The translations under genes were made by a program, and so were the position numbers. From Octopus sinensis (taxonomy: Eukaryota), in assembly GCF_006345805.1 (NCBI RefSeq), contig NC_043017.1, forward strand, positions 21,886,001 through 21,950,000: 64,000 nt of DNA, read 5' to 3'. Position 1 is the first letter of the stretch; the number at the start of each line of letters is the position of its first letter. Of the stretch, positions 24,760-37,590 are shown piece after piece. The notes under the pieces are model-generated. The model saw only the letters and a list, made by a program, of their open reading frames with translations. It made no database searches and was not told the DNA's origin.

Positions 24760-25075
24760 CTTAGAGATATTTCATCAGTTTCACATGGTCTGAGTTCAAA
24801 TTCTGCCATGGTCAGCTTTACCTTTTGACTTTTTGGGATTTAAGGAAATACACACCAGTTGAGCACTGGGGTTGATGTTACTGACTAGCTTCCTTCCTTG
24901 AAATTTTGAGCCTTCTGCCTTTGATAGAAAGGGTTTTTGTTTATTTTAATGGTTTGGTCTAAAAGAAACCTATAGTCTTCATACGTTGTTTAAAACCAAT
25001 AATGGCGATGAGTGCACTGCACCTTAAGCAAGTGCTCTCAACTATAATGCCCTGGGTGAGGTATGCCTTCAGGAA

Positions 25076-25590
25076 TGATAATGATGTCAACGATGGCAAA
25101 GTCAATGATGGCGAGGTCAATGATGATGATGTCAACAATAACGATGTCAATGATGATGGTGTCAATGATGATGAAGTCAATGGTGATGATGTCAACAGTG
25201 ATGATGTCAACAGTGATGATGATGTCAATGACGATGTTATCAATGATGAGGATATCAATGATGATGATGTCAACGATAATGTTGTCCACAATGGTGATGT
25301 CAATGATGATGGTGTCAATGATGATGAAGTCAATGGTGATGATGTCAACAGTGATGATATCAACAGTGATGATGACGATGATATCAATGATGAGGATATC
25401 AATGATGATGATGTCAACGATAATGTTGTCCACAATGGTGGTGTCAATGATGATGGTGTCAGTGATGATGATGTCAACGATGATGATGTCAATGATGATG
25501 ATATAAACACTATGTTGTCAAAGGTGATGATGTCAATGATGATGATGTCAACGATGATGATGATGATGTTAACGATGACAACAACGATGG
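25076..25590. repeat. (GAT)n-derived GATGTCAA minisatellite with about 150-bp higher-order duplication
   Basis: The block starting at 25143 recurs at 25296 (period 153); it produces the DDVN, TSS and III ORFs. Confidence 0.85.
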
Positions 25591-26405
25591 CAGTGATAAT
25601 GGTATTGGTAGGTCAGCTTGATAGAATCAAAACCTCTCCAAGTCATAAACGTAATGTGAGCCTAGGTGGGCAGAGTTGTTTCATGGTCAGCTGGTCTTGG
25701 CCCAGGCCATGCAAAGGACACAATGCTTTTGTAGGTGACACAGGATTTAAATCCACCTCTTCACCCACATCTTCTGATTGTCTCTCCAGTGAAGAGTATA
25801 TCAGATCAAACCAAACATTTATTTCTGCTCGTCACAGAAAGAGAAAAATCTTCTCAAATAACAAAACTCACTATAATAGTTTTTTATTGTTTTGATAACT
25901 TTTTCAACATAATTTGAAGAAGTTTGACATACAAAACAAAAACAAAATAAATTTAAATATTCATGCATGAAAGACTTGGTCTCAAGAAATAGTTGTGGTG
26001 GCAGTGGTTGCGGTGGTGGCTGTGGCAGAAGTGGTGGTGGTTTTGGTTGATGATGATGGTAAGTTGGTGGTGCTTGTGATAGTGGCAATGGTGGTGGTGT
26101 TTGTGAGGTAGTGATGGTAGTGGTGGTGGTGGTAGTGGTGGTGGTTGTGGTGGCAATGGTGGTGGTGTCGGGATGATGGCATTGGTGGTGTTGGTGGTGA
26201 TGTTGTTGGTGGTGATGTTGTTGGTGGTGGTGTGACAGTGTTGATGTCGATGATGCTGGCAACCACAATTACGATAATGAGGATGATGATAAGGAGGAGA
26301 AGGAGGAGGAGGAAGAAGAGAAAGAAGTAGAAGAAAAAGATGGCTGTGAAGTAATGCTCATATTGGAGTTAATTGTTAAAGTGAAGGAGGTGAAGGGGAG
26401 AAAAA

Positions 26406-26446
<41 letters not shown>

Positions 26447-26701
26447 AGAGTCGGAGTGTAAAAAGAAAGGAGAAGAGAGGTAAGAAGAGAAAGAAAATGA
26501 GACGTGGGGGTTAAAACCTGCTTTGTATGAAGTTATTTCATTTCAATTTAAATCAATTTTCCAATAAAATCTATTGCGAAGGAAAAGCAGAAAATTTGAT
26601 CCTGTACAAAATTCCAATCACACAGAACAATAACCCCATTGAAGAGAACACAAAAGACGAGAACCATCATTATTTATTCTCATCACCCAACCACTATCAA
26701 G

Positions 26702-26732
<31 letters not shown>

Positions 26733-26972
26733 GCACTACTACCACCACCACCACCATGGTCGTCATAGCCACTGGCATCAACACTACCACAACCATGTAC
26801 TATTGTTGTTGCCACCCGTACCATTTTAACATTTCTGACAGTGACACCACCACCAACAACAAGAAGAACAACACAGCTGCCACCACCTATACTGCCAACA
26901 GCGCCACCACTACCACCAACACAACCACCACCACTCTCACCCCCCCTAATCACCACTATTGCTTCCACCACC

Positions 26973-27026
<54 letters not shown>

Positions 27027-27437
27027 CTACAGTTGCAACCACCTACACTGCCAATACCACCATCACCACCACTACCACTTTTCTAACCACCTCTACCATT
27101 GTCACTTCCATCTCTAGCAAATTATGGACCAAGAAGAGATTTCTCTTTCATTTTATTCAATAAAAATGGAAGAAGATGAAAATGTTAAAGAAACTTCTTC
27201 ATTTTTCTTTCCCTTTTTTTCTTCAGCTTTTTCGTTGTTGTTGTTTGCTGTTTGTTAATTCTTGGAGATTCCTTTTCCATTACCTTTGGTTCCTTATCCA
27301 GATTGGAGCCTCAAGGATATTAAGATTAGCAAATCATGAGAAGGCAACAGATGGGAAATATCAAATATCCTCAATAAAATTTGAAAATTTGCTTTTGACA
27401 TATATATACATATATATACATATATATACATATATAT

Positions 27438-27483
<46 letters not shown>

Positions 27484-27721
27484 TAACACATAATTTTGAG
27501 TAAATCTATTATTATTATTGTTATTATTATTATTATCCTCATCATTATTATTATTAAGCTAGCAGAATCGTTACTGTGTCAAACACATGCAAATGTGAAG
27601 GTCACCAGCCTTCTTCCACAGGCACATACATGCTATCTCATACACAGTATTCGTTTTGGGATCACAACTACTTTATTATCTCCCCTTCTTCCTAACTCTC
27701 CTGTGTGACCCCTCAGTCTAG

Positions 27722-27916
27722 CATTCACCATGATAGATTGCTAGCCACTACGCATTCTTTATTTTCTCTCCTGTTTCTTCTTGTGTTCCTTTCTGTGGAA
27801 GAGCGTAGGCTCAAAACGTTAAAGACATTTTTCACTTCCTGAGCATTAAACTAATACATCTATGTGTTGTCTACACCACCTGTCTTCGTCTTTTGTTTTT
27901 TTATGAATTCTTCCCC
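27722..27916 (+). mobile_element. Family P6 element with hammerhead-like motif (27789-27824)
   Basis: CTTT-CTGTGGA-A-GAGC-GTAG-GCTC-AAAAC-GTT-AAAG; 3' end abuts (TA)n. Confidence 0.7.
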
Positions 27917-28131
27917 TATATATATATATTATATATATATATATATAGATATATATATATATATATCATCATCATCATCATCATCATTGTTTAGCGTATA
28001 TATATAATATTTATAAACAAACTAGAAGGCTTTGTTAACTCATCATTTTTCAGTCAATTTATTTGTATATAACTGTTGCTTTAAATCGGGGAATTTATTA
28101 TTATTATTATTATGATATATTATTTTAGTTT

Positions 28132-28162
<31 letters not shown>

Positions 28163-28165
28163 TAT

Positions 28166-28559
28166 ATGTGGTAAGTAGCTTGCTAACCAACCACATGGTT
28201 CCGGGTTCAGTCCCACTGCGTGGCATCTTGGGCAAGTGTCTTCTGCTATAGCCCCAGGCCGACGAATGCCTTGTGAGTGGATTATGTAGATGGAAACTGA
28301 AAGAAGCCTGTCGTATATATGTATATATACATGTATGTGTGAGTATGTGTTTGTGTGTCTGTGTTTGTCCCCCTAGCATTGCTTGACAACCGATGCTGGT
28401 GTGTTTACGTCCCCGTCACTTAGCGGTTCGGCAAAAGAGACCGATAGAATAAGTACTGGGCTTACAAAGAATAAGTCCCGGGGTTGATTTGCTTGACTAA
28501 AGGCGGTGCTCCAGCATGGCCGCAGTCAAATGACTGAAACAAGTAAATGAGTAAAAGAG

Positions 28560-28560
<1 letters not shown>
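28166..28560 (+). mobile_element. SINE family A
   Basis: Near full length, 5' end in a TA tract. Confidence 0.9.
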
Positions 28561-28620
<60 letters not shown>

Positions 28621-29396
28621 GTGTGTGTGTGTGTGTGTGTGTGTGAATGCATATTTGGACATGAGAAGTCATAAGTGAATAAGATATTTTAATACATGGT
28701 TTATTAGAAAAACATACACATGAATAGTAAAAATATTCATGAGCACAAACCCAATATTAGCAGCAACTTTGAAAGGAATTTGTACCAATACCCACTGTCA
28801 TCTATTATATATGCATGTTTGTGTGTGTATATAGGAGTGTGTGTGTGTGTGCAAATATGCATGTGTAGGACTATGTATGTATGTGTTTTTGTGTGGATAT
28901 GTGTATGGAGGGTGTGTGTGTGGTGTGGTTGTGAGAGGGTGCACTGGCATGCTTGCTTGTGAGCGTGTATACATTATAGAAATGTGTGTGTGTGTGTGTG
29001 AATGCGTGTGTGTGTGTGCACTGAGAGATCTCACACACTCATAATTTGGGTGATCCAGTAAACGTTTGGAACTCAACATGTACAATGACATACTTAATGG
29101 CAGGAACAACAGAAGACCATGTGTACATAATTCTCTCTCTAAGTTTGAAACAACCACACACACACACATACACACATACACTTCACATGCACGCACACCT
29201 ACACCACTCCCACACACATATATCAGCCCCTACCTCACAGAATATGTCTGACACTTGTAAGACAAATATGATTATAGAAAATTTTCATAACGCACAAGTT
29301 TGAAGGTTCACTTTGTTATATTTTACAAGGGATCATAGTAAATTTATCATGCATGAGATTCAACATATATATATATATATATAAATAGTATTCATC

Positions 29397-29431
<35 letters not shown>

Positions 29432-29587
29432 GTAAGTATGTATATATGTATGTATGTGTTTATGCATGTATAGTTCAAGGGAAAAAGTACAATCTGGGTG
29501 ACAACTCATTAGCACTTCAAGTAGAAACTTGGCTAGCATAATATTCCCTTAACCAGAAGAAAATCAGTTAATAATAATGATGATGAT

Positions 29588-29908
29588 GTTGTCAGCTGGA
29601 GCATGCTATATCTATGATCCAGCATCATTTGCTTTCTTTCTCAATTAACACTATGTCTGGTTTCCTATTCTCTATTTCATGGTCACACTGAATCATAAAA
29701 TCTTTGCATTATCATTTTCAATGGTGCCTTCGGGTTTATATTCATACCACTTTTTTGCTCTGTCACGTCCATACTTGTTGTAAAGTGTCCAATGCACAAT
29801 CCTTGCTATTTTGTCGTGATGTCTCTTATATTCTTTCTGGGCGAGTGGGTTTCACCATTTTGTCCACAAATTCTACACTTATCACTTTCTGTGTTGTCTA
29901 TTCTTGAT
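29588..29908 (-). mobile_element. R4/Dong-type non-LTR retrotransposon fragment: zinc knuckle and restriction-like endonuclease
   Basis: Minus strand DKCRICGQNGET..AQKEYKRHHDKIARIVHWTL..KWYEYKPEG..IQCDHEIENRKPDIVLIEKE..WIIDIAC (PD..D motif), with deletions and frameshifts. Confidence 0.9.
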
Positions 29909-30121
29909 ATTATTATTATTATTATTATTATTAAGAAAGGCAGCAAGATGGCAGAGTCATTAGCATGCTGGATGAAATGCTAGTGGTATTTTCGACCATC
30001 ACTATGCTCTGAGTTCAAATTCTGAGGGGTCGATAAAATAAGTACCAGTTGAATACTGGGGTCGATGTAATCAACTCAACCCCTCCCCCAAAATTGCTGC
30101 CTTTGTGACAAAATTTGAAAC

Positions 30122-30156
<35 letters not shown>

Positions 30157-30480
30157 AGGTAATGACCTGGCAGAATCGTTAGCATGCTAGATTAAATGCT
30201 GAGTGGTATTTCACCTGTTTTTACATTTCGAATTCAAATATTTGCCTTTCATCTTTCGCAGGGTCCATAAAATAAGTACCAGTTGAGCAGTGGGGGTCGA
30301 TATAATTGACTAGTCTCTTTTCATCAAATTTTGAGCCTTTAGTAGAAAAGATTACTATTATTGTTGATCAGGCACCTGTGGCTCTTCTGGGTTTTTCCAT
30401 GAGATCGTTAAAGTGCCTCCCCTACTGGGAGTTTTACTTTATTTAATTTTAATTGTTCTTTGCATTCTTTACCCTTTGTA

Positions 30481-30896
30481 TCTCTTTACTCTTTTACTCT
30501 TTTATTAGTTTCAGTCATTTGACTGTGGCCATGCTGGAGCACCGCCTTTAATCGAGCAACTCGACCCCGGGACTTATTCTTTTGTAAGCCCAGTACTTAT
30601 TCTATCGGTCTCTTTTGCCGAACCGCTAAGTAACGGGGACATAAACACACCAGCATCGGTTGTCAAGCAATGCTAGGGGGACAAAAACAGACACACAAAC
30701 ACACACACGCATATATATATATATACATACATACGACAGGCTTCTTTCAGTTTCCGTCTACCAAATCCACTCACAAGGCTTTGGTCGGCCCGAGGCTATA
30801 GTAGAAGACACTTGCCCAAGGTGCCACGCAGTGGGACTGAACCCGGAACCATGTGGCTGGTAAACAAGCTACTTACCACACAGCCACTCCTGCACC
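30481..30896 (-). mobile_element. SINE family A, full length
   Basis: Head, core, internal microsatellite and tail all present. Confidence 0.95.
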
Positions 30897-31055
30897 TGTT
30901 TTTGTCTTTTTTGTTGTCGCATTTCATTTAATGTTATTTTCTGTGAAACCTTGATGCTAATAAAAAAATAAATTATTATTATCATCATCATTACTATCAT
31001 CATCATCATTATTATTATTATTATTATCATTATTATTATTATTATTACTATTATT

Positions 31056-31603
31056 GAGTGAGCGAGCAGAGCATGCCATCAAAGTGACACTGGGGTAAAA
31101 TATACGAAGCCCAGTATACCCATCATGACTACCCGTCTGATAAGTGTACACCAGGCACATGCATCACAACCATATGTGCGCGACATGGTGATCTCATATC
31201 AAGATAAACAGCACATGACCTTGCAGGTGGAGCCCAGTTAGAATTTTCTTCAGATCGAGTAACCGATCCCGCTCAAAAGGTCCCTGAATAAGGGTTATTT
31301 AAGGACGTTGAATGAAACACCCAAGTTTCCAGAGGTGAATTATTCAAACCCCAAAGAATCCTTCTCAACACATGGCTATGATGCTCCCCCACTACTTCTG
31401 CTCGTGATCAGAGATGCACATATCGTCAGCCACTAAGGGACATGCTCAACTGGTTAAGGTCAAACAACTGACAAGCAAATCTGTGGTATTGAGCAGAATA
31501 TTTGCTGTAGCCCATCTTTTATACCAAGACAAAACAATGTACATGATAACACTTTCAATCAGTTAAGATCAGAAGCCATGAGAGCCACTGCCTGGTACTG
31601 CAT
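31056..31603 (-). mobile_element. Non-coding (TAA)n-embedded element family D, longest copy (about 545 bp)
   Basis: (ATT)n on both sides; shares its minus-strand 3' end (...GTCACTTTGATGGCA..CTCACTC-AATAAT) with shorter copies at 35892-35928 and 60147-60374; no coding similarity recognised. Confidence 0.8.
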
Positions 31604-31621
31604 TATTATTATTATTATTAT

Positions 31622-31808
31622 TCAGTAGTTTTATTTTTATAGCATGCTTTCACTTCACTACCGAGCGCAGCTCTGTGTGCCTTGGGTATGTGCTGTGATT
31701 TGTTGTGATGCTCTGATGGTTATTGTATGGAAAGTGTTCTGCGTAGGATGTGTGCAGTGCCTAGTAGTGCAATTTTCTGTATGCTATATGTGTTTGTAAG
31801 TACTGGTA

Positions 31809-31809
<1 letters not shown>
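31622..31809 (-). mobile_element. R4/Dong-type element, 5'-truncated 3' end (family Dong-1)
   Basis: Minus strand TYSIQKIALLGTAHILRRTLSIQ* then a short 3' UTR and (AAT)n; TAA tracts on both sides. Confidence 0.9.
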
Positions 31810-31848
<39 letters not shown>

Positions 31849-32105
31849 CATTATCAATGAAGGCAGCAAGCTGCCAGGACCATTACCACATTGGATGAAA
31901 TGCTTAGCAGTAATTCACCTGTCACTACATTCTGTGCCTATAATAGAAGGGATTATTATTATTATTATTAATAGGGCGTTGAGACAACCGAATTGCTAGC
32001 ATGCCAGGTGAAATGCTTAGCGGCATTTTTATCATCTTCACGTTCTGAGTTCAAATTCCACTGTGGTTAACTTTTGCCTTTCATCGTTTCAGGGTTGATA
32101 ATATA

Positions 32106-32340
32106 TGTTTCTTTATTACCTACAAGGGGCTAAACATAGAGTGGACAAACAAGGACAGACAGACAGATTAAGTCGATTATATCGACCCCAGTGCGTAACT
32201 GGTACTTGAGTTATCGACCCCGAAAGGATGAAAGGCAAAGTCGACCTCGACGGAATTTGAACTCAGAACGTAGCGGCAGACGAAATACAGCTACGCATTT
32301 CGCCCGGCGTGCTAACGATTCTGCCAGCTCGCCGCCTTTA
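32106..32340 (-). mobile_element. SINE family B, full length, inserted into an older opposite-strand family B copy
   Basis: TSD GGTTGATAATATA at 32093-32105 and 32341-32353; the host copy continues on both sides. Confidence 0.9.
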
Positions 32341-33042
32341 GGTTGATAATATAAGTACCAGTTGAGTACTGGGGTTGATACATTCGACTTACTCCCTCCC
32401 CATAATTGCTGGCCTTGTGTCAAAATTTGAAATTATTATTATTATTATTATTATTATCATTATTTTAATCTATTTAATTCATTATTTTCTTTGCTAGCTT
32501 TTTCTTTTAATCACTAGCCAGGAATTACAATGTTTTAAGAACTTAACAAAGTAAACAAACAATTGTATTTAAATGATTCATTACTTAATTTTTGTTTTGG
32601 TTTGTTTTATTTTGATTTTTTTTTTGCCAAAAAAAGAGAGAAAAACAAAAGAAAAATTTGCAAAAATGGATAAAAAAAATATCTGTTGATTAGATTTTGA
32701 GCAGAAGTTCTGGCCAAAAAATTGAAACAACAAATGTCAAGTTGAATTCTTGAAAATCTTTTACAATGAAATAGAAGCAAGCACCAGAGAATGGCAACTT
32801 TGTCTATTTAATAGAAGTAAATTACATTTCTTCCAAGTAGACGACAGAATTGTGTGGGAGGGTGTTGAAGAATACTGCAAAATGAAGCGATAATTTTAAA
32901 TGTTTGCATTAATGTGTGAGTGGGTGTTATCATCATCATCATCATTGTTATCATCACTGTCATCGTCATCATTATCATCATTGTCCTTGTCTTCATCATC
33001 ATCATCATTTGCAACAGATTACAACACACTGGATTTACTATC

Positions 33043-33452
33043 TTTTATCTTTTACTTGTTTCAGTCATCAGACTGTGGCCATGCTGGAGCACAGCCTCAA
33101 AGAATTTTTGTTGAGGGAATTGACCTTATTACTTTGTTTTGTCGTGTTTCTTTTAATAAATCTGGTACTTATTTTATTGGTTTTTTTTTGCTGAACTGCT
33201 AAGTTACAGGGACATAAACACACCAACACTGGTTGTCAAACATTGGGTGGGTGGAGGGGAAAACACACACACACACACACACTAACACACATTTACATTC
33301 AGTGGATTTCTTTCAGCTTCTACCATCCAAATCCACTCACAAGGTTTTGGTTGGCCCAAGGTTATAGCAGAAGACACCTGCTCAAATGGGACTGAACTTT
33401 GAACCATGTGGCTAGGAAGCAAATGACTTACAACTCAGCCCTCCCTGCACCT
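33043..33452 (-). mobile_element. SINE family A, old diverged copy
   Basis: Same module order with many substitutions. Confidence 0.8.
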
Positions 33453-33762
33453 ATGTGGATGAACAATAAAAAAATAAAATGCTGCCAATGAGATTTGAAC
33501 CTGATTTATGGGGTATCCAAAGTTTTCTTTTTAACTCATTGTATAAGCTATTATTTTTTATCTTTTACTTCTTTTAGTTATTTGGCTGCAACCATGCTGG
33601 GACACCACCCTGAAGGGTTTTAGTCAAATGTATGAACACCAGTACTTATTTTTTTAAACCTGGTACTTACTCTATCAGTCTCTTTTGCTGAACCGCTAAG
33701 TAATAGGGGTGTAAATAATTCAGCACTAGTTGTCAAACAGGGGCAGGAGAGTTGTGTGTGTA

Positions 33763-33796
<34 letters not shown>

Positions 33797-33805
33797 CGAT
33801 GTGAA

Positions 33806-34120
33806 GGCGCATGGCTCAGTGGTTAGAGCGTCGAGCTTACGATCGTGAGGTTGTGAGTTCGAATCCCGGACCGGGTTGCGTGATGTGTTCTTGAGCAAGA
33901 CACTTTATTTAATGTTGCTCCAGTTCACTCAGCTGTAGAAATGAGTTGCGACATCACTGGTGCCAAGCTGTATGGGCCTTTGCCTTTCCCTTGGATAACA
34001 TCAGAGGCCGATATGCATGGGCGACTGTTGGTCTTCCATAAACAACCTTGCCCAGACTTGTGCCTGGGAGGGTAACTTTCTAGGTGCAATCCCATGGTCA
34101 GTCATGACCAAAGGGGTCTC
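33806..34120 (+). mobile_element. SINE family E, young copy with well-preserved tRNA-like head
   Basis: GGCGCATGGCTCAGTGGTTAGAGCG...GAGTTCGAATCCCGG (A box TGGCTCAGTGG, B box GTTCGAATCC) followed by a SINE body rather than a tRNA 3' end. Confidence 0.85.
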
Positions 34121-35316
34121 AACAATATACGACAGGCTTCTTTCAGTTTTCTTCTACCAAATCCACCCACAAGGCTTTGGTTGGCCCAAGGCTATAGTAA
34201 AAGACACTTGCCCAAAGTTCAGTTCCGCCTGGGACTGAACCTTGGACAAGTGTCTTTTACTAACTGGGAACCGTGTGGTTGGGAAGCAAGCTTCCTACCA
34301 CACAGCCACACCTATCATCCATAATTCAATACTTGATAGTTTCTCTTGCCTGTTTGTGCAATTTTTTGCTGTCATAATATATACACAAACACACACACAC
34401 ACACACAAATACACACATGCATACACATACATATATCCATCCTGCAGATATTGAATACTGTTCTGCCATATGTACAGCATATACACACACAATTTTTTTT
34501 TCGCTTTTGATTTTAGTGACAGGAGAATTGCATAAGAGAAAAAAGAAAATTTTCACCACACAAAAATACTATAAAAAAAATAAAGATATAATTAAAAAAA
34601 GCAAGACAAGCCATAGTGAAAGTAACCAGTATAGGTTTGATAGATTTGTTTAATGGTCCTCAAAGGAATGGTGTTGCTGCTGCTGCTGCTACTACTACTG
34701 CTACTTTTGTTGGTACTGACCTGAAATAGTTGAAGATGTTTCAGTAGATTTTTTTATCAAACTGTTTTTATATATTTATTATATATTATATTTTTTTTAT
34801 TGTATTTTCTCCAAGCTAAGACTGACCTGATGTAAAATGATTTACGGCTGTAGCGCCAACCACAATTTGCAGTACAACTAACTCATTCAGGTTCAGGCAA
34901 AGCTGACAAGATTAACTTCTATGAAGAAACCAAGCGAAATATCTCAGCTGCTTCTTTCATTCTTCGACAAAAATGTTTTGTTTTGTTGTGCTGTTTTTTT
35001 TTTGTTTGTTTCACTATTGTTGCTTTCTTCTTCTTCTTCAGTTTCTTTTTCTTCTTTTTCACTGTCTTTCTTTTGTTCTGTCTTTTATGGTTCCACACCA
35101 TTTTTAACAATACATCCTCCAATGCCCAAAGGTGAACAGGAAAAACTGTAGAATGGTTGTAATGTCAGAACCACTATAAACGTTTTCGTTTAATGTACTT
35201 TCGGTTTTTGTCAATGGAGACAGCTGACACCTCTCAGATGCAACGAAATTATTATTATCATTATTATCATCATCATCTTCATCATCATCATCATCTTCAT
35301 CATCATCATTATCTTC

Positions 35317-35348
<32 letters not shown>

Positions 35349-35860
35349 TTCATCATCATCATCATCTTCATCATCATCATCTTCATCATCATCATTATCT
35401 TCATCATCATCATCATCTTCATCATCATCTTCATCATCATCATCATCATCTTCATCATCATCATCATTTTCATCATCATCATTTTCATCATCATCATCAC
35501 ATTGGACAAAATGCTTAGCAGCATCTTGTCCGTCTTTACGTTCTGAGTTCAAAATTGTTAAAGTTGACTGTAACTTTCATCTTTACAGGGTCAATAAAAT
35601 AACAGTTGAGTACAGGGGTCGAAGTTATTGACTATCCCCCAACCCCTCCTCTCCACCAACATTTCAGGCCTTGTGCCTTTAGTGGAATTGTTAGCAATCC
35701 TGGCAAAATGCTTAGTGCCACAACACCCATCCTTAGGGTTGATAAAGGGAGTACCAGTTTAATACTGGGGCTGATATAATCAACTGCCATGCTTCCCCTA
35801 ATATTTCAGGCCCTATGTCTATAGTAGAAAGGATTGTTACTATCATTATTATTATTATTA

Positions 35861-35891
<31 letters not shown>

Positions 35892-35928
35892 GTGTGAGAG
35901 AACAGTGCATGCCATCAAAGTGACACTG
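35892..35928 (-). mobile_element. Family D terminal fragment next to (ATT)n
   Basis: GAGAGAACAGTGCATGCCATCAAAGTGACACTG matches the 31056 terminus. Confidence 0.7.
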
Positions 35929-36473
35929 CACACACACACACATACACACATACGTCTGTATGTATATATGTGTGTGTGTGTGTGTGTCTGCTTATATGTG
36001 TGTGTATGTGTGTTTGCTTATGTATGTATGTCTACAATCACAATTCAAAGAGGAAAAAGCCTGAGACACAATATATAACTTCACATGAAAGTTAGTTACA
36101 ACCAATAAAAGATCAACAACAAAAATTATAAAAAAAACAACAACAAAATATTAAAAAAAAAGCAAAAGGAAAGAAAAAAGACAGAAAGGATAATTTAATA
36201 CGTTAAACATTTGTGGGGAATGTTATTGGAAAATTTAATTAATACTCAAAATTTAATGAATTACTGACTTTAATTATGATTTCAAGGTTAATTAAGAGCA
36301 CCTGCTTGTAACGACTTTGATTTATACTAATTGGATTTGTTTCATTGTAACCTGATTCAGTGAAGTTGTCCGACTGTCTTGTTTTGAAGTATGACTCAGC
36401 TGGAGCTAAATTGTTATAAAGAGCAAGTGTTGCTAACTTTTATGTTGATAAAGCACAAATATACATGGAAGCA

Positions 36474-36836
36474 CTCCGTCGGTTACGACGACGAGGGTTC
36501 CGGTTGATCCGATCAACGGAACAGCCTGCTCGTGAAATTAACATGTAAGTGGCTGAGCACTCCACAGACACGTGTACCCTTAACGTAGTTCTCGGGGATA
36601 TTCAGCATGACACAGAGAGTGACAAGGCTGGCCCTTTGAAATACAGGTACAACAGAAACAGGAAGTGAGAGTGAGAGAAAGTTGTGGTGAAAGAGTACAG
36701 CAGAGATCACCACCATCCCCTGCTGGAGCCTTGTGGAGCTTTAGGTGTTTTCGCTCAATAAACACTCACAACGCCCAGTCTGGAAATCGAAACCGCGATC
36801 CTACGACCGCGAGTCCACTGCCCTAACCACTGGGCA
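36474..36836 (-). mobile_element. SINE family F, tail type 1
   Basis: Head and body homologous to 52062-52228; distinct 3' part ending GTCGTAACCGACGGAGTGC. Confidence 0.8.
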
Positions 36837-36983
36837 TACATACATCATCATCATTATCATCTTCATCTTAACAAGCAGTTTTTCCATCTTTGCATCGGTC
36901 AGATGAATTTGTTAAGAACAGATTTTCAAAGGCTGGATGCCCTTCCTGTTGCCAACAATCAGTGTAGTTTTCATTTCATATTA

Positions 36984-37215
36984 CTTTTCTTTATTGCCCA
37001 CAAGGGGCTAAACATAGAGGGGACAAACAAGGACAGACATAGGTATTAAGTCGATTACATCGAATCCAGTGTGTAACTGGTACTTATTTAATCGACCCCC
37101 GAAAGGATGAAAGGCTAAGTCGACCTCGGCGGAATTTGAACTCAGAACGTAACAGCAACGAAATACGGCTACGCATTTCGTCTGGCGTGCTAACATTTCT
37201 GCCAGCTCACCGCCT
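36984..37215 (-). mobile_element. SINE family B, full length
   Basis: TSD TTTTCATTTCATATT at 36968-36982 and 37216-37230. Confidence 0.95.
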
Positions 37216-37330
37216 TTTTCATTTCATATTAAATGAATTAAAACTCTACTAAATGTATTGAGCACTCGTCATTCACATCCACCTCCCCATTGTCCTTGTT
37301 TAAAGTCTATTTTTCATCTTTTACAGCCTT

Positions 37331-37590
37331 GTGCCTATTATTATTAAAGCAACAGGATACACACCAACCCGATTAGAGTAAAGTGTGGCTGAACTTGGTT
37401 TGTTGGAGAGAGAATGCAGATCCTTAATTCATATACTACAAACGATCTCGATATCTGGGACTATAAAAACCTGCAAGACCTTCTTGAGATTTGAAGGATT
37501 AAAGGAGGGAGAACAAAACATGACACTTTCCTTCATAACCATGCTACCAAGTAGGTGGGTGGCCAAAGTTTACTCCAAATTAAGAGAAGA
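37331..37590 (+). mobile_element. RLE-type non-LTR retrotransposon C-terminal fragment (third family)
   Basis: VPIIIKATGY..LE*SVAELG...LIHILQTISISGTIKTCKTFLRF resembles the VP.IIGALG...LQ....GT..I C-terminal pattern of R4-like ORFs. Confidence 0.6.

Noticed and set aside
31585-31603. 5' end of family D (ATGCAGTACCAGGCAGTGG) resembles U1 snRNA 5' end (ATACTTACCTGGCAGGGG)
   Set aside because: The similarity covers only about 13 nt and does not continue; likely chance unless an Infernal search says otherwise.
32726-32893. Stop-free frame ...LHFFQVDDRIVWEGVEEYCKMKR*
   Set aside because: No start or convincing acceptor and no recognised family; this length is expected by chance.
33806-33875. tRNA-like sequence with good A and B boxes
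   Set aside because: The acceptor stem does not close and the sequence runs into a SINE body, so it is a SINE head and not a tRNA gene.
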